Assembly (NCBI GenBank): GCA_012034805.1
Contig: JAAUOP010000004.1
Coordinates: 7,843 to 71,842 of the forward strand
From: Synechococcales cyanobacterium CRU_2_2
GTDB taxonomy: Bacteria; Cyanobacteriota; Cyanobacteriia; PCC-9006; JAAUQQ01
Direction of reading: 5' to 3'
Length of the DNA: 64,000 bases
The position numbers and the translations under genes are program-made. Under the pieces are notes generated by a model. The model searched no databases. It worked only from the letters and a program-made list of their open reading frames with translations, and was not told the origin of the DNA. This document shows, in pieces, positions 10,096-18,412 of the stretch (its first letter is position 1; each line of letters starts with the position of its first letter).

Positions 10096-10341
10096 ATGGT
10101 TCTGGAGATGGCATCAGGTTTCAAGATAATAAGATTTAGCGATTCACGTTTCAATGAAATAACTGTTGAAGTTCAATTTCGAGAAGAACAAATTGCACAA
10201 CTTAATAAAGACAAAGGCATAGATAAAATTGAAATAGAGTTATTTACGGAATTTGTTGAAGAAAATTTCTCTCCTTGCTTCGCGCTCGATGAATTTATGG
10301 CTGCACTGCGCGAGGCAAAAGATATTCTTAAGAATTCGTAA
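10096..10341 (+). CDS. putative cognate immunity protein
   Basis: 81-aa acidic ORF starting 11 nt after the toxin stop. It is on the same strand and has the same AT-rich composition. Confidence 0.55.
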   Translation: MVLEMASGFKIIRFSDSRFNEITVEVQFREEQIAQLNKDKGIDKIEIELFTEFVEENFSPCFALDEFMAALREAKDILKNS

Positions 10342-10378
10342 AGTTTAGATCTGTCGATTCCCGATCTACTTGTATTTG

Positions 10379-11158
10379 ATGACTGTTCAACCTCGCATCT
10401 CACTCATCATCACCATCTACAACCGAGAGTGCTACCTAGCGGAAACGCTAGGCAGTATCCTACGGCAAAGCGAAACAAACCTTGAACTACTAATCTGGGA
10501 CGACGGCTCAACCGACAACTCCCCCGCGATCGCCCAACAATACGCCGCCCAAGACCCCCGCATCCGCTACATCCGCAGCCCCACCAACCAAGGCTGTGCT
10601 CAAGCCCTCAAATCAGCCATTGCCCAAACCACCGCCCCCTATATTGCCTGGGTCGATAGCGACGACCTCCTCCATCCCACCGCCCTCGCTAAAACCGCCG
10701 CCATCCTCGACAAATACCAATCCGTCGGCCTCGTCTACACCCGCTACAACGTCATCGACGCGGCCGGAAAATTCCTCGGCCTAGGCAAACGCTCCCAAAC
10801 CCTCTACAGCAAAAATCAACTCCTCACCCTCCTCGTCACCTTCCACTTCCGCCTCATTCGTCGCTCCGTCTACGACCAAATCGGCGGCATCGACACCGAC
10901 TTTCCCTGCGCCATTGACTATGACCTCTGCCTACGCCTCTCTGAAGTCACCGACGTCTACCACATCCCTGAGCCCCTCTATGACTACCGCGTTCATCCGG
11001 ATAGCATTTCCATTAAGCGCCAAGCAGAACAGCAGTATTGGTCGAAAGTGGCGGTAGAGCGGGCGCTGAAGCGGAGAGGACTGGATTCAAAATATCGGCT
11101 GTATGTTTCGGATGAGGGTAAATTCTCTTTGCTCAAGAAAGATGCGGGGCTATTGTGA
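10379..11158 (+). CDS. glycosyltransferase family 2 protein
   Basis: ISLIITIYNRECYLAETLGSILRQ, LLIWDDGSTDNS and WVDSDDLL indicate a GT-A fold with a DxD motif. ATG 10379 is preferred over TTG 10370. Confidence 0.85.
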   Translation: MTVQPRISLIITIYNRECYLAETLGSILRQSETNLELLIWDDGSTDNSPAIAQQYAAQDPRIRYIRSPTNQGCAQALKSAIAQTTAPYIAWVDSDDLLHPTALAKTAAILDKYQSVGLVYTRYNVIDAAGKFLGLGKRSQTLYSKNQLLTLLVTFHFRLIRRSVYDQIGGIDTDFPCAIDYDLCLRLSEVTDVYHIPEPLYDYRVHPDSISIKRQAEQQYWSKVAVERALKRRGLDSKYRLYVSDEGKFSLLKKDAGLL

Positions 11159-11383
11159 CCTTCTGCCGCTTCCGCAGAAGGTCAAGGCGAAGGGGGGGAC
11201 GATCGCATGGGCTGTGAGATAGCAGGCAACCTCGGTTCGCAAGATGAGCCCCCTGACAAGGCCCGCAAATCGTTGTTTCCTCTAAAAATCACCGACTAGG
11301 AGAAGCGATCTCGCCAACTACCGACCCTTCTAGCCGGTTTGACAGGTGATGTAATTTGTTCGCCGATTGGACCATGCTGCGGT

Positions 11384-11629
11384 TTAGGCCGCTTGGCTTG
11401 AGGCATCGGGAACAGGAACTAAGTGCTCCAGGGCTGTGGAGACCACCATGCGGCCCAAGCGTTCCTCGTCTTCGTCATTAAGTTCGATAATGCCGTAACC
11501 CTTTTCAGGAAAGAGATCGACCAATACACCAATAATCCCTTCCACAGCAGGGTCATCACCGCCTGTGATTTTAGCGAGAGCATACAGCTTGAGTTCTGTC
11601 TGTGTATTAGTTTGGCTCATCATTTCCAA
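11384..11629 (-). CDS. small protein, DUF4926-like (second gene of a TA-like pair)
   Basis: 81 aa, overlapping the upstream ORF by 10 nt. The size and G..G.IVxL pattern resemble DUF4926 proteins. This is from recollection only, not a search. Confidence 0.45.
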   Translation of the reverse strand: MEMMSQTNTQTELKLYALAKITGGDDPAVEGIIGVLVDLFPEKGYGIIELNDEDEERLGRMVVSTALEHLVPVPDASSQAA

Positions 11630-11961
11630 CGCTGCCTAGGCTTCAAAGTGACAAATCGAAAGTCATACAAGCGTGGCTCATCATTGTTCATCTCCCAGAT
11701 GGTCTTGGCACCTACGACATTTAGAGGGCCGTAGATTGGACCGGTCACCGAGTAGAAGAAACGTCCACTGTCCTCTCCATCATAGACAGCCTCAACGCTA
11801 GCGACCAGACGCAAGATGGCTTGCTCCAAAACCTCGGGCTCTTCTGGGCGAAAACCTGCTCGCATCAAATAAATGCATTTCCCCATTCCTTGAGGATGGT
11901 CAAGGTCTAGGAGATAGCCCCCCAGTTTCCTGGGTTCAATGATGGCGTTTTGTAGGTACAT
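11620..11961 (-). CDS. DUF6883-like protein (first gene of a TA-like pair)
   Basis: 113 aa. KLGGYLLDLDHPQGMGKCIYLMRAGF resembles the DUF6883 N-terminal motif. This is from recollection only, not a search. Confidence 0.45.
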   Translation of the reverse strand: MYLQNAIIEPRKLGGYLLDLDHPQGMGKCIYLMRAGFRPEEPEVLEQAILRLVASVEAVYDGEDSGRFFYSVTGPIYGPLNVVGAKTIWEMNNDEPRLYDFRFVTLKPRQRWK

Positions 11962-12136
11962 GGGTATTGGTGTTGAGCCGACCTATCGTAGTCCTTCGTC
12001 ATTGAGGCCAGACTCAAAGTAAAGCATTGGGTCTGTTACTTCGTTGTTATGGCTTGCAGAAACCTCTGGAGCAGAACCGGCTGTCGCCGAAAGAACCGAG
12101 AGCTTTCTAGCTCTAGCAACCCATTGAGCGACAGCC

Positions 12137-12668
12137 ATGCAAACCTTATCAGCGCAACGAATCCAAGCGGTGATCAGCCGCTTCGGCAAGACCAAGGAAA
12201 GCCAGTATCCGCCCTACGCCCGTGTCCAGTCGGTCCTGTTCACCTGGGAGAGCCAGGGCCAAACCCAAGAAGTTTGGAAGACCTATCCAGCCGAGGAAGC
12301 CCGCTTGCTTAAAGTGGGTCAACCCGTTTTTTTGAGCAGCCGAACCGGAGTCAACAACCAGCTCATTTGGGAGGTTGAAGTGCTCGGTGCCACTGCAGCG
12401 GCGTCACCTCCACCGGCAGCGACCCATGCTGCTCCAGCGCCCGCTCAATCCGCGAGCCAGCCGGTCACCCAGACTCCAACATCTACGGTTTCGCCATCGA
12501 AATCAGGAACTTTCCCACTGGGTTCAAACCCAAGCTCAGCTCTACGCCCATTGCTTCGGCAGTGCGGCCCAGGCGCTGACGGCCTACGAAGTCAGCGAGG
12601 AAACGATTCGTGCAGCGGCCTCAACGCTGTTCATCAGCGCGAGCCGAAAGTTCAACCTCGAACGCTAG
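12137..12668 (+). pseudogene. hypothetical protein, paralog of 14769-15284, with an apparent 1-nt frameshift near 12505
   Basis: The N-terminal part (frame of 12137) shares VQSVLF, WKT and EARL with the paralog. The C-terminal part lies in the frame of ORF 12375-12668: ELSHWVQTQAQLYAHCF..LFISASRKFNLE, against EISRWLAHQADLYACCF..LFISATRKFRLE in the paralog. Confidence 0.6.
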
Positions 12669-12742
12669 ACAGCCGGGCTATCCGCCCAAAGACGTAGGGA
12701 GATGCGAAAGCGTTTCTCTACGTTGTTTCATTCAACTCCCCA

Positions 12743-13002
12743 TGTCATTACCTGGAGTTGCTGACCTCCAACGCCTGGATGCCCAGATTCGTAATCGCGA
12801 ACAGGCCGAAATCAAAGCGCAGATTGCTAAAGATTTTGCGGCTTTCCTCGCCCAAGCTCAGGATTACGGTGTCATCTCCTTATGGGACATCACCGAGATC
12901 ATCGCCGAACGATTCAAGCAGGAGACGAGCCCCTGCACGGGACGCTCGCTGACCTGCCAGGTCATCCTGCGTGATCGCCAAGAAGCCAACGGCTGGTATT
13001 GA
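12743..13002 (+). CDS. hypothetical protein
   Basis: An ATG at 12743 lies within ORF 12610-13002. The N-terminal part is helical (LQRLDAQIRNREQAEIKAQIAKDF). Confidence 0.35.
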
Positions 13003-13137
13003 ACCGCTCGCGACCTTCTGACTTCGGTTTCCCTGTGAGCCGGAGCCAGGAGACAACCTGCCCACTGCTAGATCGCTGTCCTGCCCTCCCTTCACCGCAG
13101 GCCCGAACTCACCCAATACTTTGGAGAACTCAAACCA

Positions 13138-13898
13138 TGAACCGCACCGAAGCCAAAGCCTATGCCCTGACTGAACTGGGCCTAGACCGCGAAACCGTCC
13201 GTCAATTTGGTAATTTGAGCTGCACTCAGACTTGGTTGGATGCGATTGCTGCGCAAGCTTCCGGAGGAATCGCCGCGCAAGCTTCCGGAGGAATTGCTGC
13301 CCAGGACGCGATCGCGCTCCACAAAACGCTCATGGTCAAGGTGAGCCACGTTCAGGATGCCATCAACCCTGAAGCAACATCTGCGCTCGCCGCTGAGGAA
13401 GCGATCGCCCCCCACGACGAAATGATCGTTGAAACGACATCTGGGATCGCCATCCCCGAACCCGCCGCCCAGGACAACAGCTTCGAAACCTTCTGGGACA
13501 GCGCCCCCGAGTTGGTCCAGCCCCAACCGCTGCTCAATGTCTCCGTCCTTGATGGAGACTGGGATGCTCCAGAGCCTCCAGCTTCCACAGTCATCGAAGT
13601 CATCGTCTACCCGCTCGTCATCGGTTTGCTGATGCTCTGGGCGACAATCCAACTGTTGCTGCTCGCCAGTCACGGGATTGTTATGGGTCTCACCGCCTTA
13701 GCCAATGCCTTGGATGCCGCTGCCAGCCGCCGACTGAGCCTCAACACAGCGAAGTCGTCTGAACCGATGGACTGGATTAGAATTCCCACCTTCTCGGTGG
13801 CTGCGCTGCGCCACCACCGAGTAAGTAGGCTGTGGTCAGCCTATTGGCCACGCCCTGGCTTGCAATCTGCAAACCCTAGTGCTTCGCTGTCGAGATAA
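13138..13898 (+). CDS. hypothetical membrane protein
   Basis: An ATG at 13138 lies within ORF 12999-13898. There is a 24-bp tandem duplication (IAAQASGG x2) and a hydrophobic segment, VIVYPLVIGLLMLWATIQLLLLASHGIVMGLTAL. Confidence 0.4.
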
Positions 13899-14047
13899 CT
13901 GGCGAGCGCCATTTCCACCACCCGCTCGATGGGGTACTGAATCTCTTCAGCCCGAGTGCGTAGCGCTTCAGCAATGCGCTCAGGCAGCTTGCTGAGAATA
14001 TCTTCGGCCTCTACAGACGAGAGTTGTTCTATGGCTGCACTTTGCAT
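13841..14047 (-). CDS. small conserved hypothetical protein (antitoxin-like)
   Basis: 68 aa. LPERIAEALRTRAEEIQYPIERVVEMALASYLD follows a pattern I recall from small cyanobacterial proteins. It lies downstream of the GIY-YIG fragment. Confidence 0.4.
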   Translation of the reverse strand: MQSAAIEQLSSVEAEDILSKLPERIAEALRTRAEEIQYPIERVVEMALASYLDSEALGFADCKPGRGQ

Positions 14048-14088
14048 GGCTCTAGCCCTCTGGCGGGATTCTGACGTTATAGGGAGGC

Positions 14089-14250
14089 TCAGTTGGTTTT
14101 GCCGATGTAGAGGATGCCTGCGGAGCGATGCTTGATGGCATAGAGCCCTGGGACTGGTGGCAAAGCTTCGAAGGTGCGATTCAGGGGCTGGCAGTCTTCA
14201 AAAGGTATGAATGCCAAGGTGTCTAGAATGTGTCGCGCTTCGTCTGACAT
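14089..14250 (-). pseudogene. GIY-YIG nuclease N-terminal fragment
   Basis: From ATG 14250, the sequence ..PGLYAIKHRSAGILYIGKTN runs to a stop. Only the first GIY-YIG motif is present, followed by truncation. Confidence 0.5.
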
Positions 14251-14443
14251 TTGACATTGCGGGCTCCGGCTCGGCAGGTCAACGCTACCACAGTCAAAAG
14301 AGAAGGCAACTGGCCTAGTCAGACCGCCGTGGCCCCACCCTGCCAGCTCGGCGACGTCACCCAGGGGGCCAGACGGCCCCAAAGGGATGAGGGAGAGGTA
14401 AGCCTACCCAGCGCCCCTCCCCTGTCCCTTACCACTACTAGCT

Positions 14444-14725
14444 ATGTCCCCCTTTCCCCACGGCCCCGGCATCGCGGATGTGCGCCACCTAGAAGAGCGC
14501 CTGTCCAACCCGCCCAGCCCAGAACAGCCCTTGAATCCAATCCAACAAGCTCAACTACAAGGGCAGATCAACAGCCTGCTAGAGCAATTTTCCATCGACG
14601 AGATCAGCCTCTGCCTGCAACGCAGCTACAACCACCAGCCCGGTTGGCAACGACAGGGCACTGAAATCCAGATTCGCCTGTTGAGCGAAAGCTACCAGCG
14701 GGGTGGTTACGACGACCTGTTCTAA
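14444..14725 (+). CDS. hypothetical protein
   Basis: 93-aa ORF ending 8 nt before the next ORF on the same strand. Confidence 0.4.
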   Translation: MSPFPHGPGIADVRHLEERLSNPPSPEQPLNPIQQAQLQGQINSLLEQFSIDEISLCLQRSYNHQPGWQRQGTEIQIRLLSESYQRGGYDDLF

Positions 14726-14768
14726 CTGACCCTTGACTATTTATCCGTCTCCCTCCGGAGTAATCCCC

Positions 14769-15284
14769 ATGAGCCCAACAACGAACCTGAGACCGATTGA
14801 AGCCACCGTCACCGCCTTCGGGCGCATCCAGGTGAGCCGCTATGGCGACGAGCAAGTGCAGTCAGTGCTGTTTGAGCGCTGGGACCGCCACGACGAGAGC
14901 CGCAAGATATGGAAGACCTTCAGCGTTGCCGAGGCACGGCTATTTCGCAAGAACCAGCAGGTGCGACTGACCCCGAGCTGGCGCAACGAGCGCCAGAGCT
15001 GGAGCGTAGAACGCCTGGGAGAACCCCCCGTAGGGTCACCGCCGCCCTATCCGACCAAGTCCCAGTATCAAGAACCGGAGCCAGAAATGACCGTGTCTGG
15101 GACGGGTGATGCGACGGTTGGTGAGATCAGCCGCTGGCTGGCCCACCAAGCGGACCTCTACGCCTGCTGCTTCAGCGAAGCCCAGCGCGCCCTGAGCCCC
15201 CAAGCGCCCCAGGAAGAGACCGTGCGAGCCTGCGCTTCAAGCCTATTCATCAGTGCCACGCGGAAGTTTCGCCTAGAAACCTAG
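14769..15284 (+). CDS. hypothetical protein (intact paralog of 12137-12668)
   Basis: ATG 14769 is preceded by GGAG. It is homologous to the 12137 gene at both the N and C termini, with a P-rich linker between them. Confidence 0.6.
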   Translation: MSPTTNLRPIEATVTAFGRIQVSRYGDEQVQSVLFERWDRHDESRKIWKTFSVAEARLFRKNQQVRLTPSWRNERQSWSVERLGEPPVGSPPPYPTKSQYQEPEPEMTVSGTGDATVGEISRWLAHQADLYACCFSEAQRALSPQAPQEETVRACASSLFISATRKFRLET

Positions 15285-15364
15285 CGGTTGACCAATACTG
15301 GGCTGGCGGGGCGCATCACCGGCGGCTAGACGCCGCAAAGGGATGAGTAATTTGGAATCAACCC

Positions 15365-16042
15365 ATGACCTACATCCTGAAGGATGCGCCCGCCGCCCAG
15401 CTGAACAATCACCGGCTCCGCCTGGCTCCCCAGAGCAGCAGCCCCGCCGAACTGCTCAGCGCTGCCCTCGGCATCAGCCGCCGCAAAGCCCGCCGCCTGC
15501 TCGACGACATCGCTGAGGGGCTGCACCACCCCCTGAGCGCCCTACGGCACAGCGAAGCCGTGGAACTGCACCAGGCAGGACTGAGTGAGAAAGAAGTCGC
15601 CCGCACCCATGCCATCATCGAGCTAGGCCGCCGCCTCTACACCAGCTCCCAGAGCGAAGGCCTGCCCCTGGAAAGCCCTGATGCCGTGGCAGCTTACCTG
15701 AACTACGACCTGGCCTTCCAAGCCCAGGAGCAATTTGTTGTCCTGGTGATGAACATCAAAAACGTCGTCATCGGCAAGAAGATCATCACCCGTGGTTCAT
15801 CGACCGAGACAATCGCCAACCCAAAACAAATCTTCCAGACCGTATTGCGCATGGGCGGCGAGCGCGCAGCGGTGGGCCACAACCACCCCTCCGGCTCGAC
15901 CACCCCGAGCCCGGAGGACCTGAGCTTGACCGAGCAACTGCTCAAGGCAGCTCAGACCCTCGACATCGAGCTGCTCGACCACCTAATCATCGGCGGTGAG
16001 CAGTGGACCTCGCTGCGGCAGAGTACCGCCCTGTGGACTTAA
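15365..16042 (+). CDS. radC: RadC-like JAB/MPN domain protein
   Basis: The JAMM motif AAVGHNHPSGSTTPSPEDLSLT is present, with ELLDHLIIG at the C-terminus. Confidence 0.85.
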   Translation: MTYILKDAPAAQLNNHRLRLAPQSSSPAELLSAALGISRRKARRLLDDIAEGLHHPLSALRHSEAVELHQAGLSEKEVARTHAIIELGRRLYTSSQSEGLPLESPDAVAAYLNYDLAFQAQEQFVVLVMNIKNVVIGKKIITRGSSTETIANPKQIFQTVLRMGGERAAVGHNHPSGSTTPSPEDLSLTEQLLKAAQTLDIELLDHLIIGGEQWTSLRQSTALWT

Positions 16043-17014
16043 GCGAACGAACCCGCCATCAGCACCCACGCCATGGCCACGAACTCAGTCATCGTCAATG
16101 GGAAGCTGCAAACGGGCAATGTGATTGAACTCCGGCTCATTGAGCAATGGTTCAGGTGCAGGTTTTAGTTTTTCCTTCTCCCGCTGCGCCTCGGACTTCT
16201 TACTGGTCGATGAACTGCCCTGAGGGCGCTCAAACCGCTTCCAATAGGGCAATAGCTCCTGGTCTACTTTTGTCTGGGCCGTCTTTTGGGATTGATTTGG
16301 CTTTCGACTGGGTAATTGATTGAGTGGTGGACTGGGTGATTGGGGTAGTCATGGAAGTGGTGATGTAAGCGTTGCTAAATCACGGGTTTGAGAGGAGCTG
16401 GGAAGCCTGACTTGAGCTGCCGTGAGAAGGTGTAGCTGAAATGGTTATTGCCGGAGCTCTTGAAACAGCTGTTGAATCGTTAGTTGAAATGGCATTGAAT
16501 CTCCCCTAGGAATCCTCGCCGTTTGAGTGCCCTCGCTCTTCTCCGCAAGGTATGTCAAAAAGTGGTCCACTTTTGCCACTTTTTGCGTTTTTAGGCCTGG
16601 GATGCGCCCCTGCTCTCAGGTCCGTCCGATAGGTTCCTGGGTCGGTAGCGGCAGCTCAGCTCTATGCGCTAGAGGGGGAGTTGGGCGGTGCTGGAGCCAG
16701 CTGGAGCTGGAGCGACCCGAAGATCTGCAAGTGAAGGCGGGCGATCTCGCATCCTCTCCGGCCAGGTCATCGCCGACCAATTCTCAACCCGTCGCGGCCT
16801 GGCGCTGGGGAGCTGCCGCCGCCAGACTTTGGGGTGGAGGAGTCGGCGATCGTTGCTGCGAAAAGCGCGATCGCCCAGATGCAAGCTGCCCCGGTGAAGC
16901 AAACCCGCTTTGTTGATCCCAGGCTGACCGAGGCCTGGGACGGCGATGTGGCCGAGTGGAATTGGCAGGTCAAGGCCAAGCAGGTGGAGAGCCAGGTGGA
17001 AATGAATAAGGCGA

Positions 17015-17374
17015 TTGGCTGCGCCAAGCTTCCGGCGGAGAGATCGTTTGGGGGTGGGTGCGGTCTTGGTGGGCTTGGCGGCGCTGGTCTGGTTCAAGAC
17101 CCAGGCCAATGGACCTGCGCCCCTGCCCGTGGATCCCACGGCAGGGCTGAAAAGCTGGCAGGTGGTGAAGGTAGCGGAGCTGTGGAGCGATGAGGTGGGA
17201 CTGATCAATGGGGCAATGGTGATGACGGGGATGGCGTGTGTCTATGAGCGCTATGTGGGGGGCTGTCCGAGTCGGGAAGCGATCGAGGGCAGCCAGGACA
17301 CTGCCCAGGAGTATGGTTGTGGCATTTGGGGCCAGGCCGATCTGCAAAAGCTTTGGGACTATCGCAGACTATAG
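17015..17374 (+). pseudogene. thermonuclease (SNase-like) remnant with an internal deletion
   Basis: An N-terminal anchor plus WQVVKV runs straight into AELWSDEVGLINGAMVMTGMACVYERYV..AQEYGCGIWG..LWDYRR, which is the C-terminal SNase pattern. The catalytic middle (DGDT..RL.GIDAPE) is missing. Confidence 0.4.
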
Positions 17375-17397
17375 TTGAGCCACTTGCCTGAGTCCCC

Positions 17398-17649
17398 ATG
17401 AGCACCATCCAAATCACGATCCCCGAAGAAATCCTCATCAGCCTCAAAGAAACCCCGGACAATCTGTCCCGTGAGCTATGCCTTTTGGCTGCGGTCAAAC
17501 TGTTTGAACTCGGTCGCCTTTCGTCTGGTCGTGCTGCCCAGCTGGCGGGTATCAGTCGGGTTGAATTCTTGAGCCGCCTCGGTCGCTACCAGGTTTCTCC
17601 GTTCCAGCTCAGCGCTGAGGATCTGGCCCAGGATGTGGCCAATGCCTAG
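17398..17649 (+). CDS. UPF0175-family antitoxin-like protein
   Basis: 83 aa. LLAAVKLFELGRLSSGRAAQLAGISRVEFLSRLGRYQV is the typical UPF0175 core. Confidence 0.75.
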   Translation: MSTIQITIPEEILISLKETPDNLSRELCLLAAVKLFELGRLSSGRAAQLAGISRVEFLSRLGRYQVSPFQLSAEDLAQDVANA

Positions 17650-17719
17650 CCGAAACGTCATCAGCAATACCTCACCGCTGTTTTATCTACATCAGATTGA
17701 CCGCCTCGATTGTGGCTAG
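17642..17719 (+). pseudogene. truncated DUF3368 (PIN-like) toxin gene, first 25 codons only
   Basis: ATG 17642 overlaps the antitoxin stop. The ORF reads MPSRNVISNTSPLFYLHQIDRLD, then CG and a stop. Confidence 0.6.
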
Positions 17720-18006
17720 TGGCGATCGGGCAAAAAACTCAACCAAAGGTATATGGCCAATGGCTGAGTTGGAGAGACCTTGAGATTCGCGCAAAGAGCA
17801 CTGGTTTATGCGAGTAAATTGCCAAATGCGGTATGGCGTTTCAAGGCCTGATGAGGTACACCTTGACCATTTAAATCTCTTCCTGGTAAGGCTTGGTTTA
17901 GGGCGACTGCATCTCACTGGCTCGGGAAGTGCTGTAATGCTACACTCACTTTGATCTTTCCCCAGCTTGTAATCCAAAGACCTGAAGACCTGATTCGGAG
18001 TTAACC

Positions 18007-18225
18007 GTGGCCACCCTCACCATCCGCATCCCCGACGATAAGCATAATCGCCTCAAGCAGTTCGCAGCGGCGCGGAACATCAGCATGAATAAGCTGATGG
18101 AAGAGCTGTCAACCGTTGCGCTGACTGAGTTTGATGCTCACAACCGTTTTCGTTTGCTGGCTGAGCGGGGTGATAAAGCCGTGGGGCTAAAGCTGCTGGA
18201 TAAGTTAGATCAGCTCAGCGATTAG
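18007..18225 (+). CDS. ribbon-helix-helix (CopG/Arc-type) antitoxin-like protein
   Basis: 72 aa. TLTIRIPDDKHNRLKQFAAARNISMNKLMEEL fits an RHH fold. No toxin gene follows it. Confidence 0.65.
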   Translation: MATLTIRIPDDKHNRLKQFAAARNISMNKLMEELSTVALTEFDAHNRFRLLAERGDKAVGLKLLDKLDQLSD

Positions 18226-18234
18226 CAACCCGTT

Positions 18235-18372
18235 TTATCCCAGCGCCAGCTTTTGCAGTGTCCGCACCTGCGACTCCAGACGCTTCATCCGCTGATCCAG
18301 CCGGTTGGGCTCGGGCTGCTGGCCTGTGACCAGGAGGGCGATCGCGTTGGTGCTTAGTGAAGCCAATCGCAT
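18235..18372 (-). pseudogene. truncated paralog of the RHH gene at 19519-19734
   Basis: This 45-codon ORF ends NAIALLVTGQQPEPNRLDQRMKRLESQVRTLQKLALG. The paralog ends DAISLLITGKEPEPARLEQRMKRLESQVRKLQKVALS. The N-terminal RHH part is absent. Confidence 0.5.
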
Positions 18373-18412
18373 TGAGCGATAGTCTGGATGCGGTGACGCC
18401 TGGGGTGAACTG

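Noticed and set aside
12743-13002. H-NS-like nucleoid protein assignment for the 86-aa ORF
   Set aside because: Only the N-terminal helical part is vaguely H-NS-like. I could not find the C-terminal DNA-binding motif (TWTGRGRxP.W type) in any frame.
16527-17208. ORFs 16527-16916, 16669-17208, 16688-16897, 16767-17027, 16834-17193 and 16970-17347
   Set aside because: They overlap one another on both strands with Arg/Gly/Ala/Pro/Trp-rich translations and no family resemblance. The region looks like decayed sequence upstream of the nuclease remnant.
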